Source: Octopus bimaculoides
Taxonomy: Eukaryota
Assembly: GCF_001194135.2 (NCBI RefSeq)
Contig: NC_068991.1
Coordinates: forward strand, 50,727,703-50,772,884
DNA: 45,182 bases
Direction of reading: 5' to 3'
Positions 11,321 to 22,595 of this stretch are shown in pieces. Each line of letters begins with the position of its first letter. Position 1 is the first letter of the stretch. The translations under genes and the position numbers were made by a program. A model generated the notes under the pieces. That model did no database searches and was not told the origin of the DNA. It saw only the letters and a program-made list of their open reading frames with translations.

Positions 11321-12793
11321 GTTAATTGTTAATCATGTAATGACCCCATAACAGTGATCAAGTTGCTGGTGACAAGACAAACACTTTAACACTAAATAAG
11401 AAATGTTTAAATAAATTTAACAGTTTTTGTGTGTTTTTGAATGGTTAAAATGTGTCTTCTATTTACACCACAAAAAAAATCAATCAATTTTTTTTGAAAG
11501 GGTTAAAGACAAAACTGGAACAAAGTCATGCATAATAAAAGAGGCCTCAACTCAATCAGAGTATGCTAGCATGTTACTTTAACTTTTTTTTTTTTTTTTT
11601 GGTGGGGGGATGAGTAAAGTTGACCATCAGACACTTTAGTTTAACTCACTGCTTTGAGTTCAAAAGAAAATATTGATTCAAGTATTAAGAGATGGTGATA
11701 GTTGTTTACAAATGGATCTGATTCAGGAACCACATTTCAAACAATGGGTTCTTTGAATGACAAATTTGATGCTGAATCAGGGCTTATACAACAGATTTGA
11801 ATCTATCTCAAACCTTGACAGATGCTAGACTATCGGGTTACATACAGAAAGTCTCATGTACTCTCTCTATCAGTAGAGTTTTTAATTTGATGCTTCTTTT
11901 ACAGATAGAAAATTATTACAACAACAACAGCAGCAGCAGCCAAAGCAGCAGCAACAACAACAACAACAACAGCAACAACATCTGTTAATTCATTTAAGCA
12001 AACACTTTTTTCTCTCTCATAATGGTGACAAGAAATCTAAACATATACATATATATATATGTATATATATATAGGGTAAGTCTTTATAAGAGCTATCTTC
12101 TTCATAAAGCTATCTTCTTCATAAAGGAAGAAATTCTTTCTGCTGCAAGCATGGAATACGGATGTTTAACGATAATAATCTAATTTAGTCTTCAATGAAT
12201 TTTTCCATTAGCAAATTCCATGAAAAAAGAAAATTTGAGCATAAAATGTAATATGTTTTGTGATAATGAGTTTGTGTGTTAAATACTATAGTTTAAACTC
12301 TGATGATATTTTTAGTCTATTAAAACCATCTGCTGCTACTCAGTGCATGGAACCATGCAGCCATTTCTATGGACCATGAACACAATCCACATGTCTCTCT
12401 CATAAACACAAGCATATGCATACACAGATGCATGCACACACACACACGCACACATCAATTCAGTTTTAAAATCTTAAAATGGTCTCCCCATCTTACTAAA
12501 ATCCCTTCGAGAATCTTTTGTCATGGAAAAGTTCAGAGAATTTTAAATATGTTTAACACTTCCAGAAAAAAATAAAAATGCTTAAGAAATTAGAATTATG
12601 TAGCAAATAATTTTCCCCACCAAAAAACTACCATATATTTCATTTACATATGTATTCTTTAGATAAGATAAATAATTGAAATAAATCTTCACAAAATCTT
12701 TGAGAATTTTATGAAGGAACCCACCAATATTTTTATAGAACAATTCCCTCCACTTATGAATAACAAAATTTAGACAATGTCACNNNNNNNNNN

Positions 12794-13415
12794 ATTATAG
12801 ACCGGTACAGATATAGTGGAATAAAAAATATATATATAGAAAAAATAATATAGAGAAAAAAAATAATACATAGGGAAACGTAGTAAAATAGTTCATTCGT
12901 TGAGGTTCATGGCTAATAAAAAGAAGTTTAAGTTTAAATTGTACGAAAGTTCATTACTTACCTCATGACAGCAAATTTAGCAGGTAAAATCCAACTTCAT
13001 AATTCATACGCATGAATACCGAAGTACATGGGACGACATAATAACACAATATCTAATGTGTAACAAAGTAAAATCCATATTTCAGTATCAGTGTTATTTA
13101 AATCCAAGAAAATCAAGGCACTCAAGTCGATACATTAAACCAACATCCAGCAGGTAACATCGGTAAAGTCAAACCATAATTTAACATCATTTACAATGGA
13201 TTACAAATATAGGTTGGAATACAAACAAAACACCTATGGCCATTTCGGGGGTACATCACCGTATTTAGAGCACAATAAAGCACAAACTAGTGATAACCCC
13301 CTCTTCAGGGTTTTATTCTGCAATTAACTTTGTACCTTTGTCTCAACTAGTTTGAGCACTTCTTTTACAGCCTTGTATAAATTCTTGGTTTTCTAATACA
13401 AAACTGTTAATATTG
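12794..13415 (-). mobile_element. Candidate Penelope-like pseudo-LTR or retrozyme-like unit carrying a hammerhead ribozyme
   Basis: Inferred only from the minimal hammerhead. No RT or GIY-YIG coding is recognisable. Flanked by assembly gaps. Confidence 0.5.
13222..13320 (-). ncRNA. Type I (minimal) hammerhead ribozyme
   Basis: Minus strand reads aaaacc-CUGAAGA-GGGGG...CCCCC-GAAA-UGGCCA-U-A-gguguuuu. All core nucleotides are present, stem II closes with 5 G-C pairs, stem III is the palindrome AUGGCCAU, and the predicted AUA cleavage falls between plus positions 13235 and 13234. Confidence 0.8.
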
Positions 13416-13767
13416 AATAATTATATATATATATATATATATNNNNNNNNNNNNNNNNNNNNNNNNNNNNNNNNNNNNNNNNNNNNNNNNNNNNNNNNNN
13501 NNNNNNNNNNNNNNNNNNNNNNNNNNNNNNNNNNNNNNNNNNNNNNNNNNNNNNNNNNNNNNNNNNNNNNNNNNNNNNNNNNNNNNNNNNNNNNNNNNNN
13601 NNNNNNNNNNNNNNNNNNNNNNNNNNNNNNNNNNNNNNNNNNNNNNNNNNNNNNNNNNNNNNNNNNNNNNNNNNNNNNNNNNNNNNNNNNNNNNNNNNNN
13701 NNNNNNNNNNNNNNNNNNNNNNNNNNNNNNNNNNNNNNNNNNNNNNNNNNNNNNNNNNNNNNNNNNN

Positions 13768-13938
13768 CTACATTCTTGGAATGGTTGGCGTTAGGAAGGG
13801 CATCCAGCTTAGAAGCCTTGCCAGATCAGATTGGAGTCTGGTGCAGCCTCCTAGCTTGCCAGTCCTCAGTTGAACCGTCCAACCCATGCTAGCATGGAAA
13901 GCAGACGTTAAACGATGTTGATGATGATGATGATGGTG

Positions 13939-13940
<2 letters not shown>
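13768..13940 (+). mobile_element. RTE 3' tail with (GAT)n end
   Basis: ggttggcgttaggaagggcatccagc...catgctagcatggaaagcagacgttaaacgatg; starts at a gap edge. Confidence 0.8.
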
Positions 13941-13978
<38 letters not shown>

Positions 13979-14602
13979 CTATTATGGAAAAGTGTTGTAA
14001 TTCCAAAATGTTGCATTTTCAGAAAATGGAAAAATAGTTTCACCATTCCCTTTCTTTTTACGTTAGCAACAGTTTCAGTTTAACAATAACACTTCGTCAG
14101 GTGCATAAAATCATAACTTCATGCATGGATGATATTTTCAGACAGAAATATTTTTGCAAAACTAGCATGTGTGGGGCTTACTACACTTTTGAAAAAAATG
14201 CTAAACTGTTGTACTACACTTTGACAATTTTCATTTCTTGGCATCTGAAGCAGTTGGAGATACAATAATTTTACCAAAAGACGTTATTGCAAGCAAAATT
14301 AAATATTGAAAAAAAGTGTATATGGCCAAATTTGGACAAACAACAGTTTAACATAATAGTGATATATGTATTTATTAAGAAAAAGAAGGTAGTGAAGATT
14401 TGCCTTAAAAACTATTTGTTGAGCACTTTTGTCCTTTTATTGTATTCATGTGAATTCCTCAAAGAGATGGAAACATATAAGAAGTAGTTTTTGTCCAAAT
14501 CCTGCCTACCTTCTTTTATTAATATATAAAATCTGTACACCACTTCAAACAATCTATACTTACATATATGCATACGTACATACATACATACATACATAAT
14601 CC

Positions 14603-15470
14603 TCATCATTTAGCATCTGTATTCCATGCTGGCATGGGTTAGATGGTTTGACTGGAACTGGTAAGCTGGAGAGCTGCACCAGGCTCTAGTTTGATTTTAG
14701 TTTGATTTCTACAGCTGGGTGCCCTTTCTAATGCCGATCACTCCAAGAATTTAGTGGGTGCCTTTCATGTGTCACTGGCACAGGTGCCTTTTATGTGTCA
14801 CCATCACAGGTGCCTTTCACGTGTCACCAGCACTGTCAATGACTACGATTTCACTTGGGATGACAAGTCTTCTCAAGCACAGCAAACCACCAAAGGTCTC
14901 TATCATTTGTTATCACCTCCATGAGATCCAACATCCAAAGATCATATTTCACCACCCTCTCCCATGTCTTCCTCGGTCTACCTTTTTCACAGGTTCCCTC
15001 CACAGTTAGGGATTGGCACTTTTTATGCAGCTGTCCTCGTCCATATACATCAGATGACCATACCAGTGCAGTCTTCTCTCTTGCACACCACATTTGATGC
15101 CTCTTATGTCTAATTTTTCTCTCAAGATGCTTACACTCTGTCATACATGCTCACTGATATTGCACATCCAGCAAAACAAACTAGTGTCATTTCTTTCAAG
15201 TCTTCACATGTTTTCTGCAGTCACAGATCATGTCTCACTGCCATGTAGCATGGCTGTCTGCACACAGGTATCACACAATCTGCCTTTCAGTCTGAGGGGG
15301 AGGCTCTTTATTACCAACAAAGGTAGAAGCTCTCTGAACTTTGTCTATCCTATTATTATTTTAGCAGTAACACTCTCAGTAACACTCCACTGCTGACTTG
15401 GTCACCCAGATAATGGAAGCTATTATGCACAACACACTGTGTAGCCCCTCTACAGTGAGAACTTCCCTTA
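14603..15470 (-). mobile_element. RTE-clade LINE 3' fragment (post-RT C-terminus plus 3' UTR)
   Basis: Minus strand encodes remnants of ...AMLHGSET..., KKCQSLTVEGTCEKGRPRKTWERVVKYDL...DRDLW, followed by the RTE 3' UTR and GAT tail. Confidence 0.85.
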
Positions 15471-17272
15471 TTCCAACCTCTTCCCTCACACCTTAACCCT
15501 CATCTAACATACAGACACAACACCCTCCCTCCCTGGGTTTGTTCACTTGCAAGCTGCATGGTGATCTCAATAGTGCTGGTGGCATGAAAAGAAGTACCCA
15601 ATACACACATATTTCAGCAGAAAAGTAGTTTTCTGTTGTTGTATTGAGAACACCAGGTTAGAAAACCCACAAATTATAAAAACATATTCTAGCTATATTA
15701 TTGCACCTCTTTCAAATTGTTGATTTATTTAAAATTGGTTGAAACATAAAGCTAGTCTATTCTTGCTAGAAATAAAGAAGGGATATACTGAGACAATCAC
15801 AAGCATCAACTGAATATTGGAATGTTTCATTCAGAAACACTTGACTATTATTGTTTTAGATTCTTTACAAGTAGAAATAACAGACTCAGAGTACGAGACA
15901 ATGACACAGACTGTTGGAGGAATTAAGAGTTGGAGATAAGAGAAAATTGCTGGCAATAAAATGATCAACTGTTTATAAATCTTAAATGAGAGAAAGTAAA
16001 ACTATATTTCTAACATGAGATTTTTACATGGAACCAGTTTGCTCTGCCAAGTAATCTATGCTATTGTTTTGAATGAAAATAAAGAATAAAATATTGAGTG
16101 TTGTTGTTGCTGTTGTGACTGAGTATTCTCAGATGAATAGACCAATGAATAAATTTAACTGTTCATATAATTGTTCGGTCAGCATTTCATTATGGGACAG
16201 TCCAAAGGACAATACAAAGATTACACTGCGTAACAAGATTTGTAATTTTTCTTTTTTATCTTTGGTCAGTATGTGTTATTTCCTATTTGCTTCTATCTAG
16301 AAATCAAAGAAAGTGACTTCTATTCCCTTCAAATTTTGGTTTTGCAACCTGGACATCAATGTTTTGAAATTGATCTATTTTCCATTACATTTCAGACATA
16401 TTTAGTGCTGAGTCGCTGAAGTAGAAATATCGTTATAGCAAATATTCTGCTCAATACCATAGATTTGCTTATCAGGAGCTCGAACTTAACCACTTGAGCA
16501 TGTCCTTTAGTGGCTGACAATTAGTGCATCTCTGATCACAAGCAGGAGTAGCCCTCTGTTAAGAAGGATTCTTTAGGGTTTGAATGAATGTAATACAAGC
16601 AAAGTTTGGAGGAAATATAAGCCATATTTCATACTTTCTAGGGACAAGCAAATAGGAAATAATAGTTGCTACCCAAGAACAAAAATTGTTATTGAAGGAA
16701 ATAGTTGAAGATGATTGTCAAGGAAGATTTGGTTGTTAGAGAGAAAGAACTACAACTGACTAATGTTGGATAGAATGTTAAGAAATATTTTACTTTCACT
16801 TTTATCTCTTCAAATTGTTTACGAACAATTGTTTCAAGAAATAATTCTAAGCAGTACTATATATGTGTGCTGTGCAATTTCATATAAAAATATGTTTTAT
16901 TATTTGAGAAAATAGTGAATGTTTATTCACTAGATGCAACAGTAAATTACAAATCACCAGAGGAAAAGCAATTAATCATATCTTCTGAGGTATTTTGATA
17001 ACACTAGAATTATTTAAAAACAGTAAATTTATGTTCTTTAAGACAATTTATATATTTATTATGGATGGGAGGTTCAGGGGAAGTTTATTCAAAACCATGT
17101 CAATTATATTTCTTTCAAAATAGTTTCGATGTGCAGAATTCTTCCTCATTCTTGTTGACTTCTCTGATAGTCTTGGACTTATTATCAGGAAGAAGGAGGA
17201 GGGGGAGAATGGTGATGATGATAATGATTACACACGTACACACATGCATACATATACATACATACACACACA

Positions 17273-17319
<47 letters not shown>

Positions 17320-17913
17320 ATAATAAATGCCAAAACGAATTTCTGTATCTCAGTGTGTCACACTTTGACTCCTTCTCTCACTATTCAATGACACTTCTAC
17401 TATTCATCATTTTGGGGTGAGAGTAATAGTAGGCAAGGAGACGGTGAGGGCGGTAGTAGATTGACGATTGTGATGGTAATGGGGTGATAGTAATAGTATG
17501 AGCTGTAGTTGTGGGAGAGGCGGAGGTGACAGTGATGATGGTAGTGGTGGTGGTAGCTGAAGCAATCAGGGATGACGGTGATACTAAGCGATATTAAAGA
17601 CTGATGATGGTGGTGGAGGAGAAGGTAGTGAAGTCAAAGGTATTGATGGTGGTGGCGTCAAAAGTCTGAACGGTGTGTGTATGGCAGTTGTGGTGGTGAT
17701 GGTGGTGGTACTGGTATGCTGATGGTTGAAAACAATCAACAGAGAGAGAGAGAGAGAGAAAGAAAGAGGTCAGATAGAAAAAAAATTATATTGACCCCTG
17801 AATGGGAAGACAAAAAATGTTGTAATAAGTTCCAAGTCGACAAATTATATCATTGTTTTGATGAAAATTGTTCATTGTTTGAAAAATATTGGTCAAGTTT
17901 AATAAAATTTAAT

Positions 17914-18191
17914 ATGTGGTGAGAATGAATGAGGATAGCTGCGTGAAAAAGTGCCACTCCCTAACAGTTGAGGGAACCTGTGGAAGAGGTAGGCCCAGGA
18001 AGACCTGGGCTGAGGTGGTGAGGCGATGACTACTGACCGAGACCTTTGGAAATGTGCTGTGCGTGAGAAGACCCGGCAAGCCAAGTGAGATCATTGCCAG
18101 TGCCCCTGGACTGGCTCTTGTGCGGGTGGCACATAAGATGTACCATCCTGAGCGTGACCGTTGCCAGTACCGCCTGACTGGCCTTGTAGGG
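17914..18191 (+). mobile_element. RTE-clade LINE 3' fragment running into a gap
   Basis: VVRMNEDSCVKKCHSLTVEGTCGRGRPRKTWAEVVR...MTTDRDLWKCAVREKTRQAK*, then 3' UTR. Confidence 0.85.
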
Positions 18192-18844
18192 NNNNNNNNN
18201 NNNNNNNNNNNNNNNNNNNNNNNNNNNNNNNNNNNNNNNNNNNNNNNNNNNNNNNNNNNNNNNNNNNNNNNNNNNNNNNNNNNNNNNNNNNNNNNNNNNN
18301 NNNNNNNNNNNNNNNNNNNNNNNNNNNNNNNNNNNNNNNNNNNNNNNNNNNNNNNNNNNNNNNNNNNNNNNNNNNNNNNNNNNNNNNNNNNNNNNNNNNN
18401 NNNNNNNNNNNNNNNNNNNNNNNNNNNNNNNNNNNNNNNNNNNNNNNNNNNNNNNNNNNNNNNNNNNNNNNNNNNNNNNNNNNNNNNNNNNNNNNNNNNN
18501 NNNNNNNNNNNNNNNNNNNNNNNNNNNNNNNNNNNNNNNNNNNNNNNNNNNNNNNNNNNNNNNNNNNNNNNNNNNNNNNNNNNNNNNNNNNNNNNNNNNN
18601 NNNNNNNNNNNNNNNNNNNNNNNNNNNNNNNNNNNNNNNNNNNNNNNNNNNNNNNNNNNNNNNNNNNNNNNNNNNNNNNNNNNNNNNNNNNNNNNNNNNN
18701 NNNNNNNNNNNNNNNNNNNNNNNNNNNNNNNNNNNNNNNNNNNNNNNNNNNNNNNNNNNNNNNNNNNNNNNNNNNNNNNNNNNNNNNNNNNNNNNNNNNN
18801 NNNNNNNNNNNNNNNNNNNNNNNNNNNNNNNNNNNNNNNNNNNN

Positions 18845-18878
<34 letters not shown>

Positions 18879-19012
18879 GTATATGTATATATATATGTAT
18901 GTGTATATATATATAGATGTGTCTGAGACTAATGAGCCAGGTACTTGTAATGATTTTGTAAGTTGCGTGGGGGCCAAATCAAACTGTTTTGAATAGTAAT
19001 ATATATATATCC

Positions 19013-19146
19013 TCCTCCTCATCATCATCATCGTTTAACGTCCGCCTTCCATGCTAGCATGGGTTGGACGATTTGACTGAGGACTGGTGCAACCGGATGG
19101 CTACACCAGGCTCCAATCTAATTTGGCAGAGTTTCTACAGCTGGAT
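19013..19146 (-). mobile_element. RTE 3' tail
   Basis: catcatcgtttaacgtccgccttccatgctagcatgggttggacg...tttctacagctggat, same family as 6115. Confidence 0.8.
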
Positions 19147-20150
19147 ACATACATATATCATTGTCCATGTGCTCCAATGTGTGTTTTGGCCTGGTTTCTA
19201 CTGCTTGATGTCTTTCTTAGTACTGAACCACTTTACAGAGCGAACTGGGTGGTTTCTTTTTGTAGCAGTAGGTTGCAATGCAACATGCAGGACATCAACC
19301 TCTGCTGAGGAGGCGTCAGCCTCATGTTAATGCATGAGGGGATTGAACTATGAGAAGTGGGTAGGACCATGATGCAGGCTCTTGTAGAGGATCTGCATCA
19401 TTATTCACATCTGGTTGGGGAAGGGCAGAGAAAGAGCTGAACTGCAAGATGTGTGTGTATGTGTCTGTGTGTGTGTGTATAAATCTATGATTATGAATAA
19501 AGATGTGTAGATGCAATGGGTTATGTTTCTAACCTTATCTGCCAGAAGAAGCAAGTACAGCCTTTAATGGGTTGATAGTAACTTTCTTTCAAGTCAGACA
19601 TCAGATCAATATGGCCACACTGCTGAAATATGCTAAATCTGATAGTAGCATCTCCAGGGACAATGGCTAAATGGATTAAATTTTCTTTTTTCTTTTTCCT
19701 TTTTGAATACTTATCTTAATAACAATATCACTAACAACAATGGTTGTGGGTTGGTGGGGAGATGTTGCTATTAAATAATGATGATGCTGTTGGTGGTGGT
19801 GATGATGGGGGTGGTGGTAGTGGGTGGAGATGATAATAATGAGTTTTAATATTTTATAAATGCTTGTAAATATATGTTGTTTATGTAAAATGTGAGGTTT
19901 ATTAATTTTTTTTTTTAATGTTGTGCAAACAGGATCTGATGTGAGTAATGTGGCTGACTATTTATTTTTCACTATATTAAGGTATTAGCTAAGCTAATTG
20001 TTGAATTGATGTATGCCTAGTTGTGAAGTAATTTTGAATATTTTGATATCCATGGATTAAACATGGATTCTGATGTTATCATTGAATATCGTTATGTTTG
20101 CAGAAAATCTGAAAGATTTCCTTTGAAAATGTTAAGAGAGAAAAAAAATA

Positions 20151-20185
20151 GACAGGCATGGGTGTGTGGTAAGAAGCTTGCTTCC
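20151..20185 (+). mobile_element. SINE-A 5' stub (host of the 20186-22245 insertion)
   Basis: gacaggcatgggtgtgtggtaagaagcttgcttcc; the SINE resumes in register at 22246. Confidence 0.8.
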
Positions 20186-22245
20186 GGTCTTGCACGTCGA
20201 AGTGGTTTCTTCACTAATGAACAGGAGTGGATGTGTGTTAACGCCATCCAAAGATTGAAAATTGTGAAGTTGACTGAGGTAGGTGGAATTGTTTTTTGAG
20301 CTGGGAGGGGTTTGTTGCTGTTTGTTTTTTTGCAGTAAATTTCGCCCAGCTCTGGGGCAGTTTCGCCTGCTTTTGGCGACTTAAATTGTCACTCGCTTAG
20401 CGAGCAAAAATTGTGTTTCTCGTTCGTCGGTGTTGGTGGGCGTGCCGCCACAGCGATGGACTGAAAATTTTTTAGAACGTTTGTCAAATTTTGTGTGGCG
20501 TTTTTTCTCCAGAATTTGAACATTTTTGTGAGCATGGATTTACCTTGTGGATTTACCAAGAAGAGAACTCTGCGGGATTACCTGGTGAAGAGAACTTTTG
20601 CAGAAATTAGGATTCCCTGTCTGAACTTTGTTACTTGTTTCTTTTTTCCTTTCTTTTTTTCTTTTCTTCTAATTTTGGTTCTTCTTTCTTTTATTTTTTC
20701 TTCTCTTTCATCCTGTTTTTTTTAACTACATTTTTGAGACTATTGTGTATTGAACTTTTTGGACATNNNNNNNNNNNNNNNNNNNNNNNNNNNNNNNNNN
20801 NNNNNNNNNNNNNNNNNNNNNNNNNNNNNNNNNNNNNNNNNNNNNNNNNNNNNNNNNNNNNNNNNNNNNNNNNNNNNNNNNNNNNNNNNNNNNNNNNNNN
20901 NNNNNNNNNNNNNNNNNNNNNNNNNNNNNNNNNNNNNNNNNNNNNNNNNNNNNNNNNNNNNNNNNNNNNNNNNNNNNNNNNNNNNNNNNGCAATTTGTTT
21001 GCCAACAAAGAAATATTACATATCCAGGGGGGTCAAATATGCAATGGTGTGGTTGTTGTTTGACTCCCCTGAGGAAGCTGCTAATGCGGCAAGCCAGACT
21101 CTGCAGGGGGAGGAAATTTTGTTCTTCCCCTCTTACTGCGGAAGAAGAATAATTAGAGCCTGGGTTCATGGACTACCCCCAAGTTACAAGGCCGAGTGGA
21201 TCGCTGATACCATTCGGCAGGGCTTGGGAGACAGTGGACCCAGGCTCCTTAATGTGCACATGTCACCTGCAGTCAACTGGCAGGGCGCCAAGGCGACATT
21301 GACCTTGTGGGCCCCAGTGGCTGTAGGAGACATGTGCTTTCTGGATTTCTTGAAGTTGGCCGGGGCAAAGTACCCGGTGAATGTTGAGGGTCGGCAACCA
21401 AGGTGCCATGAGTGCCTGGAAGCTGGCCACATCAAAAAGAACTTCCCCCAGGGCCGTAATAAGGCCCTGGAGCAGGATAAAGTGCCCGCTGCCCCCCATT
21501 GGAAGGGGAGACGGAGAAAGTCATGGAGGCACCTGCCTCCACGAAAAGAAAAAGAAAGGTGAGCAACAATGGTTGCTCACCAGTTGAGACAGAGGTTGAG
21601 GGGGAGGTAAAGATCTCCTCGGGTGTGCCGAAGGAGGCCTTAACCCCCGAAACCTCTAAAAAGAAAAGGAAAAGGAAGAGAGGTGGGAAACGGCTGGCGG
21701 ACGTTTATGTGCCGCCGACCGAACCAGTGACCCTTCCGGAGGGNNNNNNNNNNNNNNNNNNNNNNNNNNNNNNNNNNNNNNNNNNNNNNNNNNNNNNNNN
21801 NNNNNNNNNNNNNNNNNNNNNNNNNNNNNNNNNNNNNNNNNNNNNNNNNNNNNNNNNNNNNNNNNGGAGTAGGAAGAGTGTCTCCTCCTGTGGTGACCAA
21901 CAGCGTCCGTGCTAGGGTGGAGGCCGCCTGTGGTGGCCTCTCATATGTGTGCTGCAGCACGGAGGCTGAGTTGAACATGGAGAACTGCCTGTGTGCGGCG
22001 GAGAGCTTGCTTGAAAGGCATATGAAGTGATGTAATGTGATTATAAATATATGGATTTAGCTCGAACAAATGTATTCGAGGGGTTATCGGTCGGTGGGCC
22101 CCGGTGCCCCTCCCATTTTTTATTTCAACTCTTTTTTATCACCCTCATCTCATTAATGTCCGTGTCCAGCCTGCAGCTTCTTTACGTTTGTCTGTCCGTG
22201 TTTGTCCCCTCTTTGTAAGGCCTTAATGGCCAATTTAATGAAATA
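20186..22245 (+). mobile_element. Non-LTR-type retroelement with 15-bp TSD, apparently ORF1-only (Tx1/L1-like half element)
   Basis: Perfect TSD aagaagcttgcttcc at 20171-20185 and 22246-22260. It has a CpG-rich then T-rich 5' leader, a gag-like ORF and a ~215-bp 3' UTR ending gaaataa. Two internal N gaps. Confidence 0.8.
20990..22030 (+). pseudogene. ORF1/gag-like protein (RRM-like segment, degenerate CCHC zinc knuckle, K/R-rich C-terminal region), frameshifted
   Basis: RAWVHGLPPSYKAEWI (RRM-like) and VNVEGRQPRCHECLEAGHIKKNFP (C-X2-C-X4-H-X4-[F]). A frameshift near 21490 leads into TKRKRK...KKKRKRKR. After the gap an open frame runs 21866-22030 (GVGRVSPP...LERHMK*). Confidence 0.65.
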
Positions 22246-22595
22246 AAGAAGCTTGCTTCCCAACCACATGGTTCTGAGTTCAAGTCCCACTGCATGGTAC
22301 CTTGGGAAAGTGTCTTCTACTATAGCTTTGGGTTGATCAAAACCTTGTGAGTGGATTTGGTAGATGGACAGGGAAAGAAACCTGTCATAAATATGTGTGT
22401 GTGTGTGTTTGTGCTTCCACCGTCAGTGTTGGTGTGTTTACATTCCATAACTTAGCGGTTCAGCTAGAGAGATCACAAGAATAAGTACCAGGCTTAACAA
22501 AAACTAAGTACTGGAGTTGATTAATTCAACTAAAAATTCTTCAAGACAGTGCTCCAGTATGGCTGCAGTCTAATGACTGAAACAAGTAAAAGAAG
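22246..22595 (+). mobile_element. SINE-A remainder (3' of the insertion)
   Basis: caaccacatggttctgagttc...ccttgggaaagtgtcttctac...tgactgaaacaagtaaaag. Confidence 0.85.

Noticed and set aside
16380-16590. Sequence resembling another octopus interspersed repeat from memory
   Set aside because: Single copy in the window with no diagnostic motif; cannot be supported without a database.
18030-19031. Long ORFs in the supplied track that span N runs (also 13413, 20635-21169, 23608-24439)
   Set aside because: Artefacts of translating gaps as X.
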